NCBI GenBank assembly: GCA_040285855.1
Contig: JAUFOQ010000013.1
Coordinates: forward strand, 1,426,001-1,490,000
Reading direction: 5' to 3'
Length of the DNA stretch: 64,000 nucleotides
Source: Eukaryota sp. GEM-RC1
Lineage: Eukaryota
Below are positions 35,931 through 47,561 of this stretch, one piece after another. Position numbers and translations under genes: made by a program. The notes under the pieces were generated by a model that was given only the letters and a program-made list of their open reading frames with translations, had not been told where the DNA came from and did not search any database. Position 1 is the stretch's first letter. Each line of letters begins with the position of its first letter.

Positions 35931-37429
35931 TCCACGATCGACCACAGGAACCCACCAACTAAAAGTTTAGAAGAGCAACTTACAGAACTCCATGCTCTTG
36001 TTTTGGAGACAGATGTATATCAGCTAATACCCTTCTCATTACAACGGCTTTCCATTATTGTTCAGTACTTCTTGGGTCCTACCGATCCAAAATTAAACTA
36101 TTGATTGCAAAAGAGATCGGAGATGAGTTTGCTAACCATTACACTGACCATGTGATAAAATTGTTAACTAATATGCCCAGACGGTTGGCGCGCGATATTC
36201 GTTTTTTTATTTAAGAACAAGCTCACTTTACCGGTTAGGGTTAGGGTTTGAGGATACTCAGTTCTTGAAATTCTTAAAATCTGTTGATTATGTCAACTAT
36301 TTATGTTTTTACTATAGTGTGACAGACAACAGTATGTGGTCATCTTTCTTTCCCTCACTGTCATTATCGGAAATTCGTTTGATAACTGCAATTTATTGTG
36401 TTAATCACTTTTTCGACAATACTCCGGACGTTATGTTACTTTATGATAATGGATTCGAAGTTTATGATACTAGTGCATGAAGAAATTATCATAATCTTAC
36501 ATTCTTCATGCTTATCATCTTAACGTAACCCCCCCTTCCACATCTGTGCTGACGTCACGCGTAGCCTTATGTCTCCCCTACCGACAGTATTCGCTGGTCG
36601 TAACCATGTGAAGATCTTGAATCTCCTGACTGGCTCTGAAACTCTCGCTAACACACGTAACTAACACACATCACCGCGTCTTGGATATGACAATCTTTTT
36701 GTTCATATGAACGAAGAGCAACGATCCAACTTTGATAACTTCTGGCCTGAGTCTGCAGAACTATTCTCTTTGCCAAGCTTTACACATTCAGAATTATTTC
36801 TTAAACGTTCTGGTAGACTTCCCATTTCGTCTTCTGATGTTGTACATGTCCTATTACATGTTCAAATGAATGGAAAAAGAGAAAATCTGTCCACATTCTC
36901 TCTGGTTTCAAAAATGTTCAACGTTCCTGATGAGAATCAATTTAAAACTTATCTCGATGATACTATTGCCACTATCACAGAGATATCAAAGATTGCCAGA
37001 AGAATCTTAAATGAAAAGAAATCGGTTACCTCAACAATTCGAAGATGACGAGTTCCTCTAACAGAAAGATTCTGGAATTACTAAATAGATCTTCTTTTCG
37101 GAAGATGCCAAAGAACAAGGCTAGACAAGTGCAAAGTATATTTACTCGTCGACTTTGACGAAAGATTTTGAAAAATTTGAAAAAGACACAAAATTGTGAT
37201 CCTAAAAGTTACTTTTAGAATCAATACAATCTATTAAACATACATTCAATAATTGATCTTTCTCTAATTGAGAAAGAGAGAAGAGAAACTGTTAAGCAAA
37301 CACTAACAGTGGATAAGAAATAAATATGTGAAGAATGACAAATCTTACTAAAAATAACAGTTTCAGTGTCTGGAAAAGGTTTAAGAAAGTATCACGAAAT
37401 AAAGCTCAAAGACCAATCAAATTGAACAA

Positions 37430-38878
37430 TCATCGACTTTTCTTTAACTTGGGAGTACTTGATTTAAGAGGCTTTGATTCCAAAATGACGTCATCATCAT
37501 CATCTACAACAATCACGTCATCACTATCATCATCAGAGACAACAAAGCAATCGTCATCATCTTGTTTCTTGACTTCCTTCTTCTTGGAGCTTCGTTGAAG
37601 CAATGAAACCACATTACCATCCTCAACGAAATTGGAAAGAGTGATCCCCAAAGTAATCACTTGAAACTCTTTAGAAAAGTGCTCATCCAAGACTTCCCTT
37701 GACTTCTGAATCAACTTCTCCACTGTTACCTTGGACCCTGACAACCTCACCGATCTACTACTCTCACCTAACTTAATTCTCTTACAAGAAACCGTCAACA
37801 GCCTAGCTCTCCGATGATCAAACCCATTCTTGAAGTTTGCCTGCACCCTACCAATCAAATCATTACACAACTTCTCCATCAATCCCACCACTTCCTCATA
37901 GACTTGCAATGGCTGAGTCACTTTGGACACCCCCACTTGTTTTGTCCCAAGTCCTTCCTTCTTTGGTTCGAATAACTGGGTACCCTTGCCTAGCGAGAGA
38001 GATTTAACATGGATGTACATGTTGTTCAAGTGAACATCGTTAGTGTTGAGCTTTGTTGGTCCGTTAATGAAGTCTCTTATTAAATGATATCCCAAGTCGT
38101 CAAATCGTTGGGAAGTCTTGGGTCCGACAGAGAAAATAGCGGCAGAAGTTTTATCTAAGTAACAGTGAGGAATGGAAGTGAAGGGAACAAGCGTGGATCC
38201 ATTGGGTTTGTTAAAGCCAGCAAACATCTTACTAGTCTCCATGAAAGGAGAAACGGCTGCGGAACAAGTTAGGCGAAAGGTCTCCCAGATCTGAGCTCGG
38301 ATTGAGTTGACACAGTGAACGCCAAGGAGTAGGAGAGAGTTGTAGACATTAGGAGGAGGACAGTACTTGGGAGAGGGAGAGGACATGGCTTTGAATAGAG
38401 TAGGGACGTCGAAGGATAAGGATGGTTCATCGAGGCATTTCAAGCAAGATTGGGAAAGAGTTTGTTTGAGAAGATCTACGATTTGCAGAGGAGTGGATGA
38501 GACAAGAAGATGTTTTACAAGGGGATCAAGGTCAAGGTAAGCTTCATCAATGGAGACTTTGCGAATGAAAGAATCTGATCCTAGAAGAGTAGTGATTAGC
38601 TTGAATATCTCAAGAGAGACGTCGCGGTAGAGTTGAAGGTTGACGTCAACACATTGGATTTCAGGAACAATTGAACGGGCTTTTTCTAGTGTGCACATTT
38701 TGGGAACACCTAAGTGTCTCGCAACGTAGTTGATTGCAATCAGAGCACCACGCTGTCCAACTCCAACGGGTTGGTTGCGGATGTCAGGATTTTCTTTTTC
38801 AAGACGAGCAATCTCAACAGAACAGAAGAAGGAATCAAAATCAAGTAAGGAAATGATGAAAGATCGATGAGGGGGCAT
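37430..38878 (-). CDS. Y-family translesion DNA polymerase (Pol eta/iota-like)
   Basis: DFDSFFCSVE, AINYVARHLGV, YRDVS, SIDEAYLDL followed by an eta/iota-type insert, NKPNG, VGPKT, little finger ITLGITLSNF. Confidence 0.9.
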   Translation of the reverse strand: MPPHRSFIISLLDFDSFFCSVEIARLEKENPDIRNQPVGVGQRGALIAINYVARHLGVPKMCTLEKARSIVPEIQCVDVNLQLYRDVSLEIFKLITTLLGSDSFIRKVSIDEAYLDLDPLVKHLLVSSTPLQIVDLLKQTLSQSCLKCLDEPSLSFDVPTLFKAMSSPSPKYCPPPNVYNSLLLLGVHCVNSIRAQIWETFRLTCSAAVSPFMETSKMFAGFNKPNGSTLVPFTSIPHCYLDKTSAAIFSVGPKTSQRFDDLGYHLIRDFINGPTKLNTNDVHLNNMYIHVKSLSLGKGTQLFEPKKEGLGTKQVGVSKVTQPLQVYEEVVGLMEKLCNDLIGRVQANFKNGFDHRRARLLTVSCKRIKLGESSRSVRLSGSKVTVEKLIQKSREVLDEHFSKEFQVITLGITLSNFVEDGNVVSLLQRSSKKKEVKKQDDDDCFVVSDDDSDDVIVVDDDDDVILESKPLKSSTPKLKKSR

Positions 38879-38960
38879 ATGTTTGAGTCATAGACCAATT
38901 TTTATCCAAGTTTTTGTTCCTCTTCAAAGGTTTTTATTATAACAATGTTTATACATTTAA

Positions 38961-39929
38961 ATGGAAGCACATCCTTGTGGTACAACTACTAAAACTGTCC
39001 TAAACTTTAAAGATCACACGATCACTGTTTCCGCTGCAATTCTTCTGCGATTAGTCACATCATTTCTATTCCGTATTATCCCAAACTACGATCTAATATT
39101 CCTCTTCAATCCAAGCTTTTCTTTTGATCATTCAATCCAACATTCTATTTTTCTCGTTTCCCTCTTGGTATCTGACATTCTCTTTCACTACAACCTTAGT
39201 AATCTCCTTCCTACAGTCACCTTTGCTCAGACAGTGCTTCATCCGCTCTCTATCTTCTGCTTTGCCTCTCAAGATCCTAACCTTATGTCACTCAGCCTCT
39301 TGTTTCATGGGTTGTCGTTAGGTGTTTCATTAAGATCTCTGTTGTTCTCAACGATTGCTGTCTGTTTGAAACCAATCTTCTTACCTTTTCTTTTCTTCTT
39401 TCCTAAGAAACAAGCAATAACTTCAGTTACTCTAGTATTAGTGCTATTACCTTTGTCTTTCTTCTTTGGATATTATCATTATCCTTCTTCATTACAATAT
39501 TCTCTTAATATTTACTGGTATCCCTTTAGAATGATGGCGTCATCAATGCTTTACATTCGATTCGGACCTTTTCTATTGCCATTTCTTTCTATTTCGTGGC
39601 TGTCTCAGATTAATCACTCTCGATCACGTGTAATTAAACTGAGCTTGTCTGCGTGTTTAGTGTTTCTACTTTCGTCGGAGTCAACTCTAGTCTTGATTCT
39701 GCCGGCATTTCTTGTTGTTTCAAGAACTGTTAGTTTTAATTCACTTCATCAATTAGCTTTGAACTTATCTTTTACATTATTTGCATTGTTCTTTATTTTG
39801 TTTTGTAACTTCCGAGTTAATGTTAATTACTTTTGGTTTGCTCAGATTGGATTCTTTCTAACAGTTCTCAAGATTCTTGTTCAACCGTTATTAAACACGT
39901 CAAAAACACCTGTACGCAGTAAACAGTAG
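38961..39929 (+). CDS. Polytopic membrane protein, PIG-U/Gab1-like GPI transamidase subunit
   Basis: Many hydrophobic helices. SLNIYWYPFRMM and NVNYFWF resemble the PIG-U motifs PNxGLxWYFFxEM and NxNFFY. Head-to-head with the polymerase (82-bp gap). Confidence 0.55.
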   Translation: MEAHPCGTTTKTVLNFKDHTITVSAAILLRLVTSFLFRIIPNYDLIFLFNPSFSFDHSIQHSIFLVSLLVSDILFHYNLSNLLPTVTFAQTVLHPLSIFCFASQDPNLMSLSLLFHGLSLGVSLRSLLFSTIAVCLKPIFLPFLFFFPKKQAITSVTLVLVLLPLSFFFGYYHYPSSLQYSLNIYWYPFRMMASSMLYIRFGPFLLPFLSISWLSQINHSRSRVIKLSLSACLVFLLSSESTLVLILPAFLVVSRTVSFNSLHQLALNLSFTLFALFFILFCNFRVNVNYFWFAQIGFFLTVLKILVQPLLNTSKTPVRSKQ

Positions 39930-41004
39930 TCAATTTGTTGATTTAGTCAAATTTGTTTCTGTTTTTGAAAAGGAAAATTAACCCTGTACATGTATTGGGA
40001 TTTCTGTTGTGATTTTTATGAAACAGTCTATTTTTAGTTCATAAATTGTAATTCTATATTCTCTTTCAGAAATGAAGACTGTTACAATTGTACTCGAAAG
40101 CAATGTTACTGATAGTGTCACGTGTTTCTTTGAGGTCATTGATGCCGGTTTTAAGTCAATTAATATGCTTTAAGTAGTGTGGTTACCTCTATGTCTAAGT
40201 CACACAGACATGTATTTACGTGGCACGGGGAATTTCTTAAAAATAGAAGAATCCTGGTCATCGCAGTGACGCAGTTGTTGTCAACATTCAACTATTCGTA
40301 GAACCTGCTGAGTTTGACGTGTTGACACCGATATAACAGACCAAAAAGGTGACTTCTTTATTTATCACTTCTAGATTATGTTCTGTTTCATATATCTTAG
40401 TTTGGTGATTCGTGAAATAGCAATATTTATATTTCTCAATTAATATTACAACTTAACTGAATTCATACTTGCAAACACTATAACACTGCAGTAAAACAAC
40501 CAGAATCTGGATTCTGACACGTTGGAACACAAGTTTCTATCACGTGACTACAATTCACGTAGTTAAGTACAACAATCAAATGTCTAACTGAGATAGAGAA
40601 CAAAATTAGGAAGATTGATTCAATGAAAGAATTGTTGTGTATAAGTATTCGAATATAGCATAACATTGGCTGTAGAACTGAAGATATGTTACTAGACTTG
40701 ATCATGATACTGTATTCAAGTGGTAACCTTCCCCAAAAAATGCAAAATTGTAGAAACAAATCCAGTAAGAATAGAACTAAATCCTCATCCTTATCTAAAA
40801 GATTACGTCTTTCGACATTGACATTCTCACCAAAACTTGTACTGTTTCTCAACTATACGAACTTCTCCGTTTAGATACTGTTTTAACAATGCTTTAATTT
40901 TGTTATATTTTTGGAGATCTTTATCGGCTGTGGATATTCCAAGAAATGCATACATTACACTTTCAGAGAAAGCTTCTTCATACTCACCCCTTCTCTGCCG
41001 AAGC

Positions 41005-41150
41005 CAGGGATGTTAAAAAATAATTTAAATCAATTATTGCACTCTGAATAACGCAAAATCAATAATTGCCGTATTTTAGTACACTAGAATAAATAATTGT
41101 CGTATTTGCAATACAAAAATAAATAATTGCAATGATTTAAATAATTTTTA
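41005..41150 (+). mobile_element. End of a hAT-type element related to the 54282-54428 MITE
   Basis: CAGGGATGTTAAAAAATAATTTAAATCAATTATTGCACTCTGAATAACGCAAAATCAATAATTGCCGTA matches the reverse complement of 54360-54428. Confidence 0.7.
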
Positions 41151-41834
41151 TTGTTTCACAACATGATAAAGATGTACTGAACTGTTTTTCGATCACTCAC
41201 TGTCGCTGGAAGCCTCAACCTGCTCGTCATTGTCGTTAAGTGGATTTCGTTCAACAATACGGCGTACTGTTTCCACATTCCACAAATGTTTGTTGTAATT
41301 GAGAAACAACTGTTTCTCTAATGATGCCTTGGAAAGATTGTGTCGACAGAGACCGATAGTGAGTACTATTCAGTGACATAGTTTTTGTGGTATTTATTGA
41401 TGTGGGACATTAAGTTAGCATATCCTTTGTTCTTAAGAATAGACACGCTTATATTGGGGCATCTCTGACAAGTGTAAGAGACTTTACCCTCATGAAGATC
41501 AGATGGTTGTTGTTCAGTTTTCCGGAAGTAAAACTTCTTTCATTGATGAAGTGGAGGAGATAAAACTGGTTCGGTGATTTTGCTGTTAACTTCACTTTAT
41601 CCACTAATAAATTTACGGCACCTATACTTATGGTAAATCAGTAATTACACTGATGGTTAAAACAAAGTACACACAGATTAATACCAATAATTTCTAGATC
41701 AGCAATAAATGATTGCCGTATTTCAACCATGGAACGCAAATGTTCCGTACCGAGGCGATTTTAGGCGTACCGTACCGTACCGTACGTACGTACGTACAGT
41801 ACGTGTACCGGTACTGTTCTTTGACCGACAAAAC

Positions 41835-42812
41835 AAGTTGTAAATGTCCAGCAGTGTTCGAAAATTTTCCACCCGGACGCCACCCGGGTGGTGGGTGGAA
41901 CCGGGTGGCGTCCGGGTGAGTTTTTCATTTCCACCCGGGTGGTCACCGGGTGGCAATAAAGTACGAGACATAAGTTTTGGGGCAAAAACTACTTTATACA
42001 CCATATACAATGAAACTGAAAGTACTTTAGCAGTGTGTGATATAAAATAACTAACACTGAAGTACTTTGTTTAGGTTTGGGATTAGAAAAACCCTCTGAA
42101 AAATAAATAAATAAGATGATATTAGCCTCTCCGAGCCTAGAAATAACTCCCGTTAAAATAATTGTATTCAGGACACGTTGAACAAGGAAGTATGTATTCA
42201 GGAAGTCATGGATTGAAGATGATGGTAAGACCAAAATGATCCATTCAGTACCACCCAGACGCCACCCGGGTGGTGGGTGGCACTGGGTGGCAGCCGGGTG
42301 GTTTTCATTTCCACCCGGGTGGTTTTCAAACACTGATGTCCAGAACCAAGTTCCATCAAGATGCCAATGTGATTCGGAAGTCTAGTTATTCCAAACACTC
42401 GAAGGACAAAAGGATGAGAAACAGATGCCATGTGGGACACTTCTTGCAAGAGTTTTGCTTCCCTCTGATCGGTTTGACTCACTAACTTAAGAGCAACTGA
42501 GGTACCGGCCCAATTACAGAGATAAACGGTTCCGCTGATTCCTTTCCCCAATTCATTATTAACATTAAAACTGATGTGATCGGATGAAATTTCGGGCAGT
42601 GCAGCGGGATTCCGAACAAAAGCCTTTGTAGCTTCACGGAGAGCATCACAAGCCACCACATCGTCGAGAGTTGTCTCTTTACAACAATTGAAACAACTGT
42701 GATAGCGTTTGAGCCACCGTGTTATACATAGAAGACAAAAGCAATGACCACAGGGAAGCGTACAAACATCTGTAAAGATTTTCTTGCAAATTGAACATTC
42801 TAAGTGAAGCAT
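41835..42812 (-). pseudogene. RING-kinase copy F, interrupted by the MITE at GSGH|LQ and truncated just after
   Basis: MLHLECSIC..CGHCFC RING and kinase N-lobe to ILMELGSGH. Only ~10 nt of kinase sequence remains beyond the MITE. Confidence 0.88.
41852..42335. mobile_element. 484-bp non-autonomous hAT/MITE inserted into RING-kinase copy F
   Basis: TIR CAGTGTT(C/T)GAAAA, 8-bp TSD ATGTCCAG (41844-41851, 42336-42343), palindromic CCACCCGGGTGG subterminal repeats at both ends. Confidence 0.92.
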
Positions 42813-43364
42813 CGGAGAAGTAGGTCTAGATCTAGGTCTAGGTCGATCTTTTCAAAAATTTGGTTAGAATAGTAGTCCAGAACTTCACTCAACAACGTGT
42901 ACACGTATTACATTTAGAATAGTCCTAATTATAGTATAGAGGACGTACTGTTGGTACTTGTCTTAGTATGCGTTTCAATTAAAAGGTAGACAGATTAGCT
43001 AACAAATGATTCTCACACTACTCTTCTTAATTTATTTATTTTTGTGTTTGAAGGCGCTTTATTATGAACAGCTCTAAACAAGTGTACAATATTCAAAGTT
43101 CACATCGTGTTTTCCCTTTGTGAGATGATTTTGCAGTTTAAATCTGAAATCAGAATAACGGTACAACTTCATTTAACAACATGAATTGTCAAACCAGTGG
43201 GTTGGTTTCCACTGCTTTCAACTGTAAAAAGAAGAGAATAAAATGTTTATTCAACAAACTGTAGTAACAATCTGCTAGTAGATCATACTCTGTCCTCATT
43301 TCTGTTTCAAACAAAGCAATCACATTCTACTAACAAACCAACTACAAACACACTGCAGTTATCC

Positions 43365-43919
43365 TCATCCTCCCTTTTTAGCTTGATCCTTGATCTCCTG
43401 TAGTCTTCCCATCTCTAGTCCTCCCCTACTCTGGGAAGGTAGACCAAGTGGAACTATCTGGTAAACAACTGTGGTTTCGTCTCTTTCAATGTTGTTAGAA
43501 ACAAAGATGGTAACAGAAGAGGTTCCGTTCCACTTGAAAGCTTTGAAAGGAATTGTAACGGACCGAACACCAGGGATACTGGAATCAGCAACATAATCAC
43601 TATCTTCGAGATTGACTTGATGATCTGGTTTGGAATCGTGACAATCGGAGAAGGATAATTGTGGAGCGTTTTTGAAGAAGAAGATTTTGCCAGGAGCACG
43701 AGAGACGCCATCATCTTCTTCATCGGGTACACGGATTGTAAACCCGTCTAAACGGAGAGGAGATTGGAAATGCATGTGTACAAGAAGTTCTTCATCGGCA
43801 TCGCTCTGTACAACTGAAGGTTCTGAGCTTATCAAATCTGAAAAAGGCGAAGTTGTGTTAAGTACAGAACTCAGTGATAACTCGATAGAGTCAGTAATTA
43901 TTGAAGAAGATGGGGGCAT
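43365..43919 (-). CDS. PITH-domain protein (PITHD1/TXNL1 C-terminal type)
   Basis: SDADEELLVHMHF, AP.KIFFFKN..LSFSD, FKW..TSSVTIFVSNN..ETTVV. Confidence 0.85.
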   Translation of the reverse strand: MPPSSSIITDSIELSLSSVLNTTSPFSDLISSEPSVVQSDADEELLVHMHFQSPLRLDGFTIRVPDEEDDGVSRAPGKIFFFKNAPQLSFSDCHDSKPDHQVNLEDSDYVADSSIPGVRSVTIPFKAFKWNGTSSVTIFVSNNIERDETTVVYQIVPLGLPSQSRGGLEMGRLQEIKDQAKKGG

Positions 43920-44399
43920 TAAGAGAAGGAATCAAAGATTTGGCGAGGATTCAACTGAAGAGCGATTCCAGAAACCTTTCTGCTGACATGCACTGTTAAG
44001 ATGCTATAGTTTCATCCGAACCAGGTAATACACATCTCCTTCACTGGTAATTAGTGGTCTTGTCAGTTGTGCGAACCGAATAGCGTGTATAGACTAAGTT
44101 CATAAGATGACTTTGTTTAGATAATATTGGGACAGTTATGCTGATATCATTTATAAGACGTCCAGAGCTTTGTTCTCAGAATCTTCTGGTGAGATCTTGT
44201 TATTTTTCAGTTGGTTGCGCTTTAAGCAACCTAAGATAAACGTAGTGCACTCAGAAAGTCGTTTTACTTCGTTTAGACATAAGAAATGACCAGATTTCAA
44301 CATCAGAAGCTGAACACGTCATCTTAAGATAGATGTCTTGCAAAACGAACTTTCCCCAATTACCAAAATTTTGATTCTGCGCCTTTACCATTCTTCATA

Positions 44400-45063
44400 A
44401 TGGCCCGAACAACTCGCGGAGTCCGCATATCCTTCGTTGAACAAGATGATGATGACGATGAGTATCAACCCAGATATCGTTCGAGATCGCGACCGCGTAG
44501 AAAATGTATGATTCGAACGATGATCTCTTATTTCAGCAACAAGAGCACCAAAGACTCTCAACAAAACTGAAAAGGAACTTGCTTTGATCTTAGTGGGCAT
44601 GTCTCAGGGAAAAATCTATTCCTTTGCAACAGACAGAAAACGCAGAGGTGAAACAACTACCAAACCCAGACCTAAGAAAAAGCCCAAACCAGAACCTCCA
44701 CTGGAACCTCCGCAATCATATCCCCCTGTTTCTCATGTTGAACATCTGACGCCACCTACTCTTGCTCAAAACCCTCTAATCAATGTCAACCCCTTTTCTC
44801 CACAGTGTGCATTTCCTAGAGCTGCTAGACACATTTGTCTTGCTTTCTACGTCTATCGAAAACTACGTAATGAACCTGTATCATCATATCAACCTCAGCC
44901 TAGCCAGATGTTACAAACAGCACTTCCTCAAAATTATTCTTCCGCTGCTTATCCTTATTCGATGCAGCCAACGTATAGAATTCCTTTTCCCACTCAGAAC
45001 TATGTTCTACCTGTGCATGGTGCTGGTGCTTTCCCTCACCACCCACTGCAGTTTCCCAAGTAA
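44400..45063 (+). CDS. Hypothetical basic/Pro-rich protein, exons 44400-44505 and 44537-45063
   Basis: ATG 44400 MARTTRGVRISF. Removing the 31-nt intron joins it in frame to ORF 44584-45063 (210 aa). Confidence 0.7.
44506..44536 (+). other. 31-nt spliceosomal intron
   Basis: GTATGA...CTTATTTCAG; contains an in-frame-disrupting segment whose removal restores the ORF. Confidence 0.75.
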
Positions 45064-46158
45064 TTGGGGAAGTTCTTTTTAGTTTTTGTAGTTTGTTTCT
45101 TGAAACACTGGTTTGTTACACTGATCAGGTTTTCCAGTTTTTCCCTTGTATTCTGGTGAGTTCTATCGGATTTTTGGGCAATAATCACTTTCTTTTCGTG
45201 TTACTATTTATGTGCACATAAAACTTCGTGTTCTTACGTTCTTCTAGTTCAATCTTTCCGCATTTACTTTCGTTTTCCATAATCGTCGTCATTCTTCATG
45301 TCTTTTGAACTCTGAACTTGATGAAAGAGCATATGCTTCAAGTCGATCTCGTATATTTCTCCTTTTTGTCAGCTTTCTTTAGGATTGTTTGAGTCACCGT
45401 TGCTTTTCAGTCTCCTTTCATGTGATCTGTAGAACACAAACACCATTTTGACTTTCTCCATTTGAGTATCTCTTAGGGACATATGTTAGTTTAAGGCAGT
45501 CTTTTCTTACACTCGGTTTGTGAGCACTGAAAATGGTAGGGATGTTAAACGGTTCAATTCAATTCGCCCTGTGATTGAACTGAACCGATCCTAGTTGGTA
45601 GTACCTGTATGTGTCTGATGACACTTTACTTTGTACTCTTTGTCGTATAATCAAGTTTCATTAAACATCAACATGACAATGTTGTTCATTATATTGTGCA
45701 TCTATTGTACTTTACTAGTACAGTCTACCCTCGATATCGTGGCACTTCTGTGGCGGATATCGAGTACATGTGTTAACAAAATGTAGTCACAAAATGTTTC
45801 GACATGTTTCGTGGATGAGCACCATCAATTGTGTTTCACACTAGATTTTGCACTCTCAAATATCAATTGCTTCTATTGGATTGTTTAGAGAATGCTTGAA
45901 TTGTTTTGTTTCTATTAGGCTCTATCGATAAATCTATTTGTAAAAATCAGAATCATGTTAATGACTAATATATACACACAAAAAGAGAATGAACTCACCA
46001 ATGACACTTTTGACATTGAGGAATTCAATCTCCAATTAAACAGAAAGAGCTAAGAAAATACGGTACATTAATTACATAAAACAACTCGAGTTCGATAGAT
46101 AGAAAGACACATCATGTCATGACTGTCAAACGTCGATGAAATATATCTAACTAAGTTT

Positions 46159-46887
46159 CTAAGACCGAGAGAAACTTAACCTTGATCGTTTCCACTCCGG
46201 TGAATTAAGATCAAACACATGTTCTGGTAGAAAAGACCGAGAAAGGTTGAATGACGAAGGAGTACGAGTGGCGGAGAGAGACATCGGATAAGGAGAAAGT
46301 TGTCCCATTGGACTGATCTGGGAGTAGAAAGCTTCTTGAGCGCATGACGAATCTGAAAGAGGAAAGTTCAGTAGTTGCATGTTGCTAGCAGAAAAGGGTC
46401 CAAGACGTCGTTCTAGAACTGATGGATTTAAAGCATCGGAGTCTTCTGTTTTTCCAACAGGTTCCATACTGGATGGAAACACAGGGGACGAGTCAGGTAG
46501 AGGAAGTTCTGACATCTGGGTTGGTGGAGAAGTATGCGGGATTGGGTCTGACACATGTGGATCTTGTGACTCCATTGGACACTCAAAGGGTGGTACATCA
46601 TCATTGTCAATCTTGAGCACATCAAAAGTGTTTTTTGTATCAACTGGAACTGTATGCCTGACATTATTGAACTTGGTCATGACTGACTGAAAATCTGCAA
46701 CATCGGAAGAGTGAAACGTAGTAACACGCTGAGACTCATTGTTGATGACAACTAATCCAATTGTGCAGTTACAAAGAGTAGCCAGTTCAGCAGCCTTTTT
46801 CAGAAGACCGTTTTTTCGTTTGCTGTAAGTGACTTGCCGACTCCGGCTATCAGGGATATAAGCTATGTCGATCTTTCTACGGCCCAT
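46159..46887 (-). CDS. MADS-box transcription factor (MEF2-type N-terminus)
   Basis: MGRRKIDIAYIPDSRSRQVTYSKRKNGLLKKAAELATLCNCTIGLVVI. Confidence 0.93.
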   Translation of the reverse strand: MGRRKIDIAYIPDSRSRQVTYSKRKNGLLKKAAELATLCNCTIGLVVINNESQRVTTFHSSDVADFQSVMTKFNNVRHTVPVDTKNTFDVLKIDNDDVPPFECPMESQDPHVSDPIPHTSPPTQMSELPLPDSSPVFPSSMEPVGKTEDSDALNPSVLERRLGPFSASNMQLLNFPLSDSSCAQEAFYSQISPMGQLSPYPMSLSATRTPSSFNLSRSFLPEHVFDLNSPEWKRSRLSFSRS

Positions 46888-47561
46888 TAAAGTAAGATCT
46901 TTGAATTCTAAAGATTCCTTTATCTGTCATGAATCATGATGTTCTAGAATGTATTATCATCCATTTGTGAACCGTGCCATCATGGTTGTTATACAGTTTT
47001 CAGATGTATCGCACTAACGTTCAAATAAATCCACGTTTTTATGGTAGAACTATCCTAATCTGGGTTCAAAAATGTATGAATCTAATGCAATTCATAAAGA
47101 CAACTACACATCAATACAGTGCTAGTTTTAAAAAAAAGAACATAAAAATCATGTTCATTTCACAGACTGTTGTGGATTTGTACACATTCAGACATACACA
47201 TTTGGAACAGCAATTATCTGCAATAATTAGAGAAACTGCTGTAAAGTGTTGATGATGTTCCGCACCTGAAGACACGATCAGAATTGAACACACACTTGAC
47301 GTAAAATTACAGAGCGATCAACTGTATGACACGGACTCAAGAATACTGAACAGTGTGAGTAAGGAAAATAATTCAAGATGACCAATGGGGAGAAAGGGAA
47401 ACAGACTTCAAAAAAGTTCAAGACACAATTGGAACGATGGAAGTTTAGGCAAGTACGTGGTAAGGCAACAAAGAGTTGCAGTCCAGTTCAATGGAAAAGA
47501 AGAATTGAACGAAGACAAGAAATGATATTGTGTCCAACTCCTTTTTCTGTCTCACTTTGTT

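Noticed and set aside
41870..42325. CCACCCGGGTGG palindromic repeats as a CRISPR- or REP-like array
   Set aside because: No regular spacers; they are subterminal repeats of a TIR/TSD-bounded element in a eukaryote.
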